This document shows, piece by piece, positions 29,425 through 38,496 of a stretch of DNA of 44,810 nucleotides. The translations under genes were made by a program, and so were the position numbers. The DNA comes from a virus. Taxonomy: Duplodnaviria; Caudoviricetes. The number at the start of each line of letters is the position of its first letter. Within the stretch, counting starts at the first letter, position 1. The DNA is taken from positions 1-44,810 of the IMG/VR virus record IMGVR_UViG_3300008255_000028; one strand, given 5' to 3'. Below the pieces are notes generated by a model that ran no database searches, was not told the DNA's origin, and worked only from the letters and a program-made list of their open reading frames with translations.

Positions 29425-30363
29425 ATGGACATTCACGAAGCGGTTCAATTAGTAACGAAGCTTTATCACGACACAGGTAAAATACCTGTACGCCACGAGG
29501 CTCAAGTTGCAGGGCTTACTGAATGGCACATGAAAAAACTTGGATGGAAAAACATTCTTAGTTCAGCCGGACTTGATTCAAAAAATATAAGTAGCATTAA
29601 GAAAATAGATAACTCAATATTTGAGAAAGATATTTTTGAGCATGTAGAAAATTATGCGCCTGTTGATTTTAAAAGTCCTAAAACAAACTCAAAGATATTG
29701 GTAGTCGGCGACCTGCATTTTCCTTGGGTGTACAAGAAAGGACTTGAACTACTATATGAGTTTAATAAAACCGAACAGCCTGACTACATTATTCAAGTCG
29801 GAGATGCTTACGATATGTACGCCTTTTCTAAGTTCCCTCGATCTCAGAATATCTATTCTCCAAAAGAGGAAGAGCAACTAGGTCGTGAGGGCTTGGAGTT
29901 GTTTTGGCGCAGGATGCGCCTTGATAACTCTAAGGCTAAATGTGTTATGCTTCATGGGAACCACGACATACGGCCTATAAAAAGAACGCTTGAACATGGC
30001 GGAACTTTTGAACACATTGTTGAAAAACATTTAAAAGAGATCATGACCTTCGAGGGTGTTGAAACTGTTTATGATTATCGTGAAGAGTACGAGATCGAAG
30101 GGATACTATTTCACCATGGATTCCTATCAGGGCTTGGGCAACATAGAGACGCCACGCTTAGAAACTTTGTGGCAGGACATACTCACAAGGGCGGAGTGTC
30201 TTACCGTCGTATTAGAAGTGAAGTTCTTTGGGAATTAAACGCAGGATTTCTTGGAGATCCTGAAGCTAAAGTGTTTAGCTACACAGCGTTAAAGAAAAAT
30301 AACAATTACACTTTGGGTTGGGGCTTTATTGACAAGTACGGTCCTCGCTTTATACATATTTAA
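29425..30363 (+). CDS. Calcineurin-like metallophosphoesterase
   Basis: GDLH, VGD, GNHD, HHG and GHTH motifs. Confidence 0.9.
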   Translation: MDIHEAVQLVTKLYHDTGKIPVRHEAQVAGLTEWHMKKLGWKNILSSAGLDSKNISSIKKIDNSIFEKDIFEHVENYAPVDFKSPKTNSKILVVGDLHFPWVYKKGLELLYEFNKTEQPDYIIQVGDAYDMYAFSKFPRSQNIYSPKEEEQLGREGLELFWRRMRLDNSKAKCVMLHGNHDIRPIKRTLEHGGTFEHIVEKHLKEIMTFEGVETVYDYREEYEIEGILFHHGFLSGLGQHRDATLRNFVAGHTHKGGVSYRRIRSEVLWELNAGFLGDPEAKVFSYTALKKNNNYTLGWGFIDKYGPRFIHI

Positions 30364-30364
30364 T

Positions 30365-30796
30365 ATGAGAACAATCAAAGCAATCTATTTACATTGCAGT
30401 GACTCCGATAGACCTGAGCATGATTCAGTCGAAGTGATACGGGAGTGGCATACTAAACGAGGGTTTACGGGTCCGGATGGCGTTAGTGGAACAAAAGACG
30501 ATATCGGCTACCATTTTTTTATTACCCGAAACGGAGAGTTGAACAAAGGGCGAGACGAAAATAAGATCGGAGCCCATGTTAAGAACCATAACAAGTTCAC
30601 CCTTGGAGTCTGCTTCAGTGGAAGAACCTTCAAAGATTTCCATAGTGAACAGTTTATCGCAGGAAGGAAGTTAGTCCTAGAACTAATTGAGAAATATAAA
30701 CTTACAAAGAAAGACGTTAAGCTTCACCGAGATTCTGACTCAGGTAAGACATGCCCTAACTTCTCTTTAAAAGACTTTTGGCAAGAAGACCCCTAG
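30365..30796 (+). CDS. N-acetylmuramoyl-L-alanine amidase endolysin (T7 gp3.5-like)
   Basis: LHCSD, IGYHF, GAH, LHRD and KTCP motifs; ATG at 30365 preferred over the ORF-track start at 30329. Confidence 0.92.
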   Translation: MRTIKAIYLHCSDSDRPEHDSVEVIREWHTKRGFTGPDGVSGTKDDIGYHFFITRNGELNKGRDENKIGAHVKNHNKFTLGVCFSGRTFKDFHSEQFIAGRKLVLELIEKYKLTKKDVKLHRDSDSGKTCPNFSLKDFWQEDP

Positions 30797-31043
30797 TGCA
30801 ATTAAACCTATGGGGTATAGGCTAAAGGAGAGACCACAGGGCGTACACCTTCTCATTGCACTCAAAGCGAAAAGCTTCCGTACGCTGCCCTTGCTAGAAC
30901 CAGTCTAGTAGTTGGCTTACATAAATCGTATTTATAATTATTGATAAGGTCTACACGCACATATAGAATAAGCTTGACGGTTGACGGCTCTTTCGAGTTC
31001 TTGTCTTCCCCTCAGATTATAAGGGCTCACCTTCAATCGTCGC

Positions 31044-33104
31044 CTAGATAAAAGCGTCCAATGGGTTGTCAAATTTTCTCTTCCATTTATTTCTTTTCTT
31101 AACAGGATCAAAGTCCTGATAGCACCCTAAAGAAAAGAAAGCTTTCTCAATACGATAGTAAATCTGTTGCGTATAGTTCTTAGAAAGAAATCCTGTACCG
31201 ACTAGATATTGAAAGGCGTCAGAAGTTGTCCACTCGGATCCGAAGAAGTCGAGGGCATTTGCCAACGGTTCTCTTAAAGGATCTTCTTGATACTTAGGTG
31301 CAACGACTTGCTCTAAAAGATGATGAGGCATTTTATAAAACTCATAGCCTTCACGAAAGTAATGAACTCCCTCCGCAAATAGTTGGGCCCTATTCATCTT
31401 GATAGAATTAAGATCGATGTGTCGTGCACTCCTTGGAATTTTTACCGGCCAGAACCTTCGCTCTCCCATATCGTACTCAAGATATTTTGTACTGTTAGTT
31501 GTTCCAATGAAAACAAAACTTCTCAAATTCTTCACTGATCTCTTAGCAAAGAGTCCTCTAATGTCGTCGAATCTTTTTGATAGTACGTTCTTAACCTGCT
31601 CAGACTCTTGACCTATGACACCGATAAGTTCAGGCAACTCAACCACAACGGCTTGGTGCATTTGTCTTAAGTCATCAAGGTTCTGGAAAGCCTTAGCTTG
31701 GAAAGGTGCGTATGTATATTCACCTCCTATAACCTCGACGAGTGATGATTTCCTTATGCCTTCATGCCCTTCGATAACTACCATACTGTCAAACTTACAG
31801 CCTGCTTCAAGTCCTCTTGCTGCTAAGGCAGTCCAAAGATTCTTGCCTACGATCCTTATGTACTCAGAGTCTTCGACTCCACAATACTTAACAAAGAACT
31901 CTTCGATTCTAGGTACTCCGTCCCATATAGCTTTAGATAAAAACTCTTTATGAGGGTCAACGGTTCTTGAAGTCATAGCGATCTCAAGACCTGCAACGAT
32001 TGTTTGTTTTCTAAACTTCTCTAATGATAAGCCATCGAAGCCCTGAATTATTGGAATGATTTGATTTACGATCTCTGTATCCGAACATGACTTTCCTTTA
32101 AAGACGTAGTGTCCACTTCTAACGTCAGTGTATAGTTCCTCTTTAGAAAAGATAGCACATATAATTTTAGAGGCGTTAGTTTCTGATGGCTCTATTCTTA
32201 TTGATCCATCTTTCCCCCAACCGATAGGAATCTTAGATCGGTCTAATATTTCTTGAGGTGAGAAGGGGAAAGCTTCACCGTCTTTAACGATAGTTGTGTC
32301 GTGGGCTTTAAGTATTGCGAGTATTGTTCCCGGCCCTACGTTTCCTTGTCGACTTGCTCTGTCTACAATGTCCTTAGCTTTGAACTCATCGCCGACTTGG
32401 TACGATTTATTAAAGGTCCAAAGTAAAGTAAGGTCGTCGAGTGTTTCAGGATCTTCGACTCCTGCTTTCAACGAGAACAATCCGTCTCTCCACTCAGAGT
32501 ATGAGAGTGCTAAGTTTGGACAGATGTACTGCATCTTTTCTTTAATGAATTTAATCTGCTCAGCCGAGAAGGGTTTATGAAGTTCAAGACTTGTGACACT
32601 TGATGAATCAAACTCTTTTACGGGCGCATGGTTTTTGACTTGATGTATGTGCATCATGAGTGAAGGCGGAGCTACCTGTATGCGAGCAACATCAAGGGCG
32701 TAAACGCTATAGCCTTGAGAAGGGGGAGCACCTACCCAACCGTTATACTTTAAGTCCACGCCTTTAGCTAACTGAGAAGGCGGAGAAAAGCTTTCAGGAT
32801 TAATAGAGTCGGGGAGTTTAAAGTAATAATGAAAGCCACCGCTTGGGGATCTTACGGTGTACGTTTCAGGGATACTATTCTCTTTACTGAAAAGGCTCCA
32901 CCATTCACGTCCGTCGTGCTGATGGCTTGGACCTTCGACGTCGACGTCGACGATTATTAAACCGTTCTGTTTCGCAGGAATCCCTATGCACTCAACGCCT
33001 CTTTGGCATAGGTCTCTATAACTGAAAGTGCTAACCACGTTGTCACTATAGTCGTGGGAAATTTTTGTACCTTTAACAAATCGAATAGCTTGTAAGTCTT
33101 TCAT
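31044..33104 (-). CDS. Primase-polymerase / PriCT / VirE(VapE)-type helicase fusion
   Basis: IVDVD and SPSGGFHYYF; YSEW; GHEGIRKS; GTTN...ERRFWPV. Confidence 0.9.
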   Translation of the reverse strand: MKDLQAIRFVKGTKISHDYSDNVVSTFSYRDLCQRGVECIGIPAKQNGLIIVDVDVEGPSHQHDGREWWSLFSKENSIPETYTVRSPSGGFHYYFKLPDSINPESFSPPSQLAKGVDLKYNGWVGAPPSQGYSVYALDVARIQVAPPSLMMHIHQVKNHAPVKEFDSSSVTSLELHKPFSAEQIKFIKEKMQYICPNLALSYSEWRDGLFSLKAGVEDPETLDDLTLLWTFNKSYQVGDEFKAKDIVDRASRQGNVGPGTILAILKAHDTTIVKDGEAFPFSPQEILDRSKIPIGWGKDGSIRIEPSETNASKIICAIFSKEELYTDVRSGHYVFKGKSCSDTEIVNQIIPIIQGFDGLSLEKFRKQTIVAGLEIAMTSRTVDPHKEFLSKAIWDGVPRIEEFFVKYCGVEDSEYIRIVGKNLWTALAARGLEAGCKFDSMVVIEGHEGIRKSSLVEVIGGEYTYAPFQAKAFQNLDDLRQMHQAVVVELPELIGVIGQESEQVKNVLSKRFDDIRGLFAKRSVKNLRSFVFIGTTNSTKYLEYDMGERRFWPVKIPRSARHIDLNSIKMNRAQLFAEGVHYFREGYEFYKMPHHLLEQVVAPKYQEDPLREPLANALDFFGSEWTTSDAFQYLVGTGFLSKNYTQQIYYRIEKAFFSLGCYQDFDPVKKRNKWKRKFDNPLDAFI

Positions 33105-33124
33105 GTGTCACCTTTTAAGACTGA

Positions 33125-33634
33125 TTAAATAAAATCCGCAAGCGGTGTTTTGGTTTCCTCTATTTGTTTAAATGGGGATTCAACTTCTTCCCACTCAACG
33201 GCTATGGCTTCGCTCTGCTTTACAACAGTGTCGAGATGTCTAGTCGTTGATTGTTTTTGGAGAAGAGGACGAAGGCCGTACGCCACCTCAAGAAGGGTGA
33301 CAAACTTCTCAAAGGGAAGTACGGCCATAGCCTCCATTCTGATTCCTTTCGTTATCAGAACAGGAATATCATTATCGGTTTGAGTTCTAACTTCATTGAT
33401 TGTACTTACCGAACAATAGTTCTGATGGTTCTTACACTGAATGAGAAACGGCCATGTGCCTTCGATGTCCACGCCTATCACATTCGATGCCTGATACTCT
33501 AACATTCGCTGAGCTTCAGGGAATATATGGGCTAAAGCATTTGCGATGTCACGCTCGAATTGCTTTCCTTTCTTAATGCCGTTGACTTTCTTTTTCGGTT
33601 TATTAGATGAAGTCGTTAATGTCTTGTTGCCCAC
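33125..33634 (-). CDS. Holliday junction resolvase-like PD-(D/E)XK nuclease
   Basis: KGKQFERDIA...VDI.....IQCK. Confidence 0.8.
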   Translation of the reverse strand: MGNKTLTTSSNKPKKKVNGIKKGKQFERDIANALAHIFPEAQRMLEYQASNVIGVDIEGTWPFLIQCKNHQNYCSVSTINEVRTQTDNDIPVLITKGIRMEAMAVLPFEKFVTLLEVAYGLRPLLQKQSTTRHLDTVVKQSEAIAVEWEEVESPFKQIEETKTPLADFI

Positions 33635-33869
33635 TATGATCCTCCTTAATGTGCTTTATCAAGTCAGTGATGTCTATCCCTAGATGATCAATCATCCATA
33701 ACACTTGATGAAAATAAAAACTGTTCCCCTCTTCAATACTTTGAATAGTATTAAACTGTTCACCTGCTTTAGCGGCAAGCTGCGAGACAGTAATCTTCCT
33801 ATGTTCTCTCGCAACGGTCAAATACCTTCCGACCTTTTTGTATAAACTATTTCGTGATTCCTTAATCAT
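33603..33869 (-). CDS. XRE-type HTH DNA-binding protein
   Basis: AREHRKITVSQLAAKAG...TIQSIEEG. Confidence 0.8.
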   Translation of the reverse strand: MIKESRNSLYKKVGRYLTVAREHRKITVSQLAAKAGEQFNTIQSIEEGNSFYFHQVLWMIDHLGIDITDLIKHIKEDHSGQQDINDFI

Positions 33870-35836
33870 TTCAAATACCTCACTCCATTTTTAAAGTCTG
33901 CGCCAATTTTCATATCGCACCATGATGGATTAACAGTCATTAGTTTATTAAATTCCTCGCCTCTATTAGGTTCAGCCTGTGCCCATATCTCATCATGAAC
34001 AGTATTTAAAACATCGAAGCCTGCGTTCTCTAATCTCCACATGGCAGGGAGAAGTATATCCCTCGACGTTGCAGAAACAATATGTTCAGTAAGGAGTCCA
34101 CCGTAAACAGTCTTGATTCCATACACTCCCTTATCGTCGCCTTCATACGCAAGAACGAAACGATCTTTCCACGCTCCTGTATTAGGATCTTGGAATTGTT
34201 CTTTCCTCATGTGAGCGTGATGATAGTAAAGGTATGAGCCTGAAGGTAATCTAATCATGACACCTTTATGAGGAGCCATCATAGGGCCTACAATAATTCT
34301 ATTGTTACAAACGGCAACAGTCTGCCCCTGTATCGCCGATCTAAAAGCGTTCTCTAATGTGCTCCAAAGATTTACGATCTTAGGGTTTGCCATGCGATAC
34401 CCATACACGGCTTTCTTTGCTTCTTCTAATGGAAGCTTAACGCCTGATTGCTTTTCAATCTGCAACTTAAATTTGTCAGGTCCGCACCCATAACCACAAC
34501 TCAAGGCTGCGGTCTTACCGACTTGTCGTTCGACAGAATCTTTTCCTATCTGATCAGGAGACATAGAGTAAATGGCGGCGGCTGTTTCCTCGTACCATGT
34601 CTTAGGTATTGGACCTAAATCTAAAAGCCAAAACAAAGTCGACGGCTCAACTTTAGAGAAGTCACCACAAAGAAACTCTAAGCCTTCATCGGGAATCCAT
34701 ATACGTCTTAAAAGATTTCTTACAAAACCAATAGGGTCTTTGAGGTGAGGTCTTTTAATTCTTACAAAGTCGGCGAGGTTTGTGACATTCAAATTAAAGT
34801 CAAGCTTATCTTCTTTAGTGTCATCAACTCTTGGAAAGTTGTGAACTTGTATGCCTCGACCTGCCCAGCGTTTAGTCTGAGCGTAGTGGTACGATAGAAT
34901 ATTATAGATCCGCCCATTAAGTTTTTGAGATAGTGCGGTGGAAAGTTTTACGATTGAGGTGGACCCTGCCAAAGATTTAATCTCGATGGCACGTTTAACG
35001 TGAGCAGGTACAGGCGTTGTGTCTTCTAGGAGTTTGTCAACGGTGTCAGACTGCATGTTTTCAAGCCAAGGATACCACTCTTTAAGCCAATCTTTTAATT
35101 TAGGAGAGTTCATTTTTACTTGGAAGCTTACACACTGATCGAACTCAGCGATAAGTTTAGGAAGGTTCTCAGATACAATAGAGGAGAGTTCGTTAAGAAG
35201 ATCCTCATCAAGTCTGAGTCCTCTCATGTTACGCTTAAATGTCCACTCCCAAGCCCAACGTTCAGTAGATGAAAGTCGAGGACATGAATAATAAACATCT
35301 CTAAGCAGTCGGGTATCTGTCTTACCATAGAAAGAAAAACGTTTCCATTCCTCTTCAGTAAGCTCAGGGAATACGCCTTTAGAATTAGGCTTACATTGCT
35401 TAAGCATGATCCTTCGACCTTCAGGGTCTTTACCATACGGAAGCCTTAGAACCTTAGCGGCCGTATCAAGTGCGCCACCTACTCTAAAGTGAGCAGTGAT
35501 GGCAGCGTTATCTTCAAGGTCGTCGATTGATGGACGAACCATTCCTTTAATTAGTTTTGAGAAAACATTAATCCATATCATGTAATCGAAGCCAATGTTG
35601 TGAGCGATCATCCTGTACTTATGCGGATTGTATGCAACATCAAGAACTTCATAAGGTATTGACTGACCTTTACGCCATTCATTTACTACGCCTGTTCTAC
35701 CAAAGCACCAAGTTAAAAGAGTTGCTTCAGTCGAGGGATGAGTGGAGTAAACGGCAGAGCCAACAAGCTTTAAGTCTGCACGACTTCTTGTTTCAAAATC
35801 AAAAAAGAAATCGGTTTTATAGTGCATGGTAGCCAC
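33866..35836 (-). CDS. polA: DNA polymerase family A with 3'-5' exonuclease
   Basis: DFET and AHN..FD; motif A DFSKVE; motif B RQVGKTAALSCGYG; motif C VHDE. Confidence 0.95.
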   Translation of the reverse strand: MATMHYKTDFFFDFETRSRADLKLVGSAVYSTHPSTEATLLTWCFGRTGVVNEWRKGQSIPYEVLDVAYNPHKYRMIAHNIGFDYMIWINVFSKLIKGMVRPSIDDLEDNAAITAHFRVGGALDTAAKVLRLPYGKDPEGRRIMLKQCKPNSKGVFPELTEEEWKRFSFYGKTDTRLLRDVYYSCPRLSSTERWAWEWTFKRNMRGLRLDEDLLNELSSIVSENLPKLIAEFDQCVSFQVKMNSPKLKDWLKEWYPWLENMQSDTVDKLLEDTTPVPAHVKRAIEIKSLAGSTSIVKLSTALSQKLNGRIYNILSYHYAQTKRWAGRGIQVHNFPRVDDTKEDKLDFNLNVTNLADFVRIKRPHLKDPIGFVRNLLRRIWIPDEGLEFLCGDFSKVEPSTLFWLLDLGPIPKTWYEETAAAIYSMSPDQIGKDSVERQVGKTAALSCGYGCGPDKFKLQIEKQSGVKLPLEEAKKAVYGYRMANPKIVNLWSTLENAFRSAIQGQTVAVCNNRIIVGPMMAPHKGVMIRLPSGSYLYYHHAHMRKEQFQDPNTGAWKDRFVLAYEGDDKGVYGIKTVYGGLLTEHIVSATSRDILLPAMWRLENAGFDVLNTVHDEIWAQAEPNRGEEFNKLMTVNPSWCDMKIGADFKNGVRYLK

Positions 35837-36062
35837 TTGATATTACGGCTTTAAGTCTTTCAATCTCATCTTTTAATTTCTTAAAGGTAGAAGGGATGAG
35901 AACATCAATCTCCATTGGAGCTTCGATGTTTAGGTATATCTGATTCGATGTAGTCTTAGCCCAATCAACGGTAATCTTTGCGTGGTATCCGTTAACCTTA
36001 AGAACTAAAGGTTCATGTTTTTCAGCGTGGTTTTTATGGAATGTAGCTTTTACGTTGCTCAC
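35817..36062 (-). CDS. Divergent CsrA/RsmA-like protein
   Basis: NQIYLNIEAPMEIDV parallels CsrA NQVRIGVNAPKEVSV; GTG start after AGGAGG. Confidence 0.5.
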   Translation of the reverse strand: MSNVKATFHKNHAEKHEPLVLKVNGYHAKITVDWAKTTSNQIYLNIEAPMEIDVLIPSTFKKLKDEIERLKAVISSGYHAL

Positions 36063-36081
36063 TGTTCCTCCTATGGAAATA

Positions 36082-36103
36082 GAGGGAGCCTTGCGACTCC
36101 CTC
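36082..36103 (-). terminator. Stable hairpin (terminator, attenuator or processing site)
   Basis: GAGGGAGTC-GCAA-GGCTCCCTC followed by TATTT on the - strand. Confidence 0.65.
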
Positions 36104-36109
36104 GTTAAG

Positions 36110-36571
36110 TTAAATAAAAGACGGGGACTCTTGAACCGCAGGCTTTTTGCCTTTAAGTCCAATGACTTTCTCTTGGAATAAAGGAATGAAAATATTAATC
36201 TGCTCTTGATTAAGCTGACTGATCTTCACGCCTTTAGGTAAACCTGCGATGTCGTAGATCTCGGCGAGGTGTTGAGCAATCTCTGCACCTTCAATCTTTA
36301 ATGCTGTAAGTTGAGCTAACTCTTCAGTCACTAACTTAATAGCATCAGGGATTGCAATGTGAAACTTAGGTTCCTCAATGACTTCAACTTCTTCTACAAC
36401 AGGGGCAGGAGCCGCTTTGGCTTTTGCCTTAGAAGCTTTAGGCTTTTCTTCCTTAACTTCTTCAACTTTAGTTTCCTCTACTGAAATAGTAGAAAGAGTT
36501 TGTGCACCTAAAGTCACAACAAAATCTTTTAATTCTTCTGCATTCTTAAACTCGATTGATAGCTTAAACAT
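36110..36571 (-). CDS. Hypothetical replication-module protein
   Basis: AGGAG SD; E/K/A-rich linker; ends SPSFI. Confidence 0.8.
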   Translation of the reverse strand: MFKLSIEFKNAEELKDFVVTLGAQTLSTISVEETKVEEVKEEKPKASKAKAKAAPAPVVEEVEVIEEPKFHIAIPDAIKLVTEELAQLTALKIEGAEIAQHLAEIYDIAGLPKGVKISQLNQEQINIFIPLFQEKVIGLKGKKPAVQESPSFI

Positions 36572-36582
36572 GTGGTCTCTCC

Positions 36583-37191
36583 TTAAATAAATCCGCCGCC
36601 GTTAGACGAAGGCGTTGATGGTGTTGGGTTCATGTCCTGTACGAATGATCCGAATATCTGATCAACGTTTACTGCGCCTGATCCTACTTCTCTTTCTCCA
36701 CCATTCATTAACATGATGGCATTAAAGTTTACGCCAAGACCTTTCTTTTCTTTATCAATATTAAAGAATGAAATATTAATCACAGCATTTCTGCCTGAGT
36801 AAACTTCAGCCTCACTGATAACAGGCTGTCTTGATTGGTCAACGACTGGTGGTGGAAACTCTGCACCTGACTGAGCGTTTACCCAGTAGCATCCTTGAAG
36901 AAAAGAAGCATTAGGCTTACCGTCTTGACGAACATAAGAGTCAAACTTTTTCATCGGGTTCACAAAGTATTGCATTGGAACTGAAGGGTGAAAAATTGTC
37001 TTAGCGTTCATAAGAAAGTTATTAAGGTCGTGCATAACTTTCTCATTAGATCCTACTTTCCACGCAAACATTGTGTTAAATGTAGATCTTCCGTTCTTGT
37101 TAGTCGTTGGCTTTAAAATGTTTGGATAAAAAATCCTCCCTTCTAAAGTAAATGACTTCCTCCAAAAATCTTTGGCTTCTTGTGCGTTCAT
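36583..37191 (-). CDS. ssDNA-binding protein (DUF2815 / T7 gp2.5-like)
   Basis: GRIFYP, P.VVD, EVYSG.....I.F....KKGLG..FN motifs. Confidence 0.85.
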   Translation of the reverse strand: MNAQEAKDFWRKSFTLEGRIFYPNILKPTTNKNGRSTFNTMFAWKVGSNEKVMHDLNNFLMNAKTIFHPSVPMQYFVNPMKKFDSYVRQDGKPNASFLQGCYWVNAQSGAEFPPPVVDQSRQPVISEAEVYSGRNAVINISFFNIDKEKKGLGVNFNAIMLMNGGEREVGSGAVNVDQIFGSFVQDMNPTPSTPSSNGGGFI

Positions 37192-38468
37192 ACTTCCTCC
37201 TTGCCCTCTTCAGAGCGGTTAATTATAGAGCCGAATACGGCCATCTCTCCGAGAACTGAACGTATCTTCTCATCGAGAACTTTGATTTCTTTTTTAATGG
37301 GTCTAGTACATACAAGATTTAACTTCTCTTTGCCTACTAACTTCTCAAGTTTAGCAAGCGTCTTGATCTTAGTGGTCGTCACTGTCTCACTAACCTCGAC
37401 GTTGGGGAAGTGCGTTTTCAAAAGTTTCTCTTGCTCTTCAAAACCTTCACCATTTATTTTTCTATTGCCTATTTTATCGACGACCATTAAGCCTTCGATT
37501 GACTCACCATTACTCATACGGTACAGGAACTCTTGCTCCGCATCTTCCGCCACACTTTTAATTAAAGGGAATAAAGAAATGATCTTCATCATGGCTTCAT
37601 CTCTTTTAGGCGTTGATACTTGGTTATTTAAAATCACGCTTGGCATGTTCATGTCAGAAAGAAACTTACCAAAATTTTCTTGCGCTAACTTTAAAGGCTT
37701 CTCAAGTATCACAGGACATTTAAGTTTAACGTTGTTAGTTCTTCTAGCAGGACACCAAAAACAATGAGATCCTTCAATTGCTTCAGCATTAACTTCACTT
37801 GATTTCTGTATAGCTTGCTCAATCTGTTTCAAAAAGTCGGCAAGGTCTGATCCCATATAGCTAGTATGTTTCGGAGCCTCTTCCGTTCTTGGTTGATAAA
37901 CAACTGCATGAAAGAGATAGTCTTCAGGTATATTAGTTAAGTGCTTAAAGATCCCTGATAAATAAACTTTCAATTGTAGTGACGTTGCGCTTACGTTCTT
38001 TCCTTTCCCATGTTTATAATCAATAACGGCTGCGCCTTTTGTGCCCACGATTAAACAGTCGGCAGTACCAAAACACCCTTGTTCAGCAAAGACAGGGATG
38101 CCTTTCTCTAAACCAAACCATAAAACCTCGCCGATATTTATCTGATCATTAAGCCATGAAGATAGAACGTAGTAATACCCTTGGGCACATGACATCATCT
38201 CAAGCCCTTGATCAGTGAGCATTGCCATCTTTAAGTTTAAGTCGTTAGGAAATGGAATATCGTAGAACTCTTTTCTAAAGAAAGCTTCGCAAACAGAGTG
38301 AGCAAGTGTGCCCTCTTCAGCATAGACTGAAGTCTCTTCAGGAATATTTTGTATTAGGCGACGTCTAGCAGGGCAAGCAAGCCAAGCGTCTGCGGCTGAA
38401 GGCGAAAAGGTTGAGTGTGCTGACGGTCTAACAAAGTTTGTTAGCGCAGGTAAAATTTTAATTGTCAT
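37188..38468 (-). CDS. DUF2800 Cas4-like PD-(D/E)XK exonuclease
   Basis: HS.FSPSAA..W..CP, EEGTLAH, FGTAD, IDYKHG, QL..Y and HCFWCPA; ATG at 38468 has a GAGGGG SD (ORF-track start 38513). Confidence 0.88.
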   Translation of the reverse strand: MTIKILPALTNFVRPSAHSTFSPSAADAWLACPARRRLIQNIPEETSVYAEEGTLAHSVCEAFFRKEFYDIPFPNDLNLKMAMLTDQGLEMMSCAQGYYYVLSSWLNDQINIGEVLWFGLEKGIPVFAEQGCFGTADCLIVGTKGAAVIDYKHGKGKNVSATSLQLKVYLSGIFKHLTNIPEDYLFHAVVYQPRTEEAPKHTSYMGSDLADFLKQIEQAIQKSSEVNAEAIEGSHCFWCPARRTNNVKLKCPVILEKPLKLAQENFGKFLSDMNMPSVILNNQVSTPKRDEAMMKIISLFPLIKSVAEDAEQEFLYRMSNGESIEGLMVVDKIGNRKINGEGFEEQEKLLKTHFPNVEVSETVTTTKIKTLAKLEKLVGKEKLNLVCTRPIKKEIKVLDEKIRSVLGEMAVFGSIINRSEEGKEEV

Positions 38469-38496
38469 GGTCCCCTCGATTGTTATGGTCTTCGTT

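Noticed and set aside
30797-31043. tRNA or hammerhead ribozyme
   Set aside because: No T-loop/D-loop cloverleaf and no CUGANGA core on either strand.
37188-38468. CRISPR-associated Cas4
   Set aside because: Context (SSB, PolA, helicase) fits the common phage DUF2800 nuclease; no array or other cas genes.
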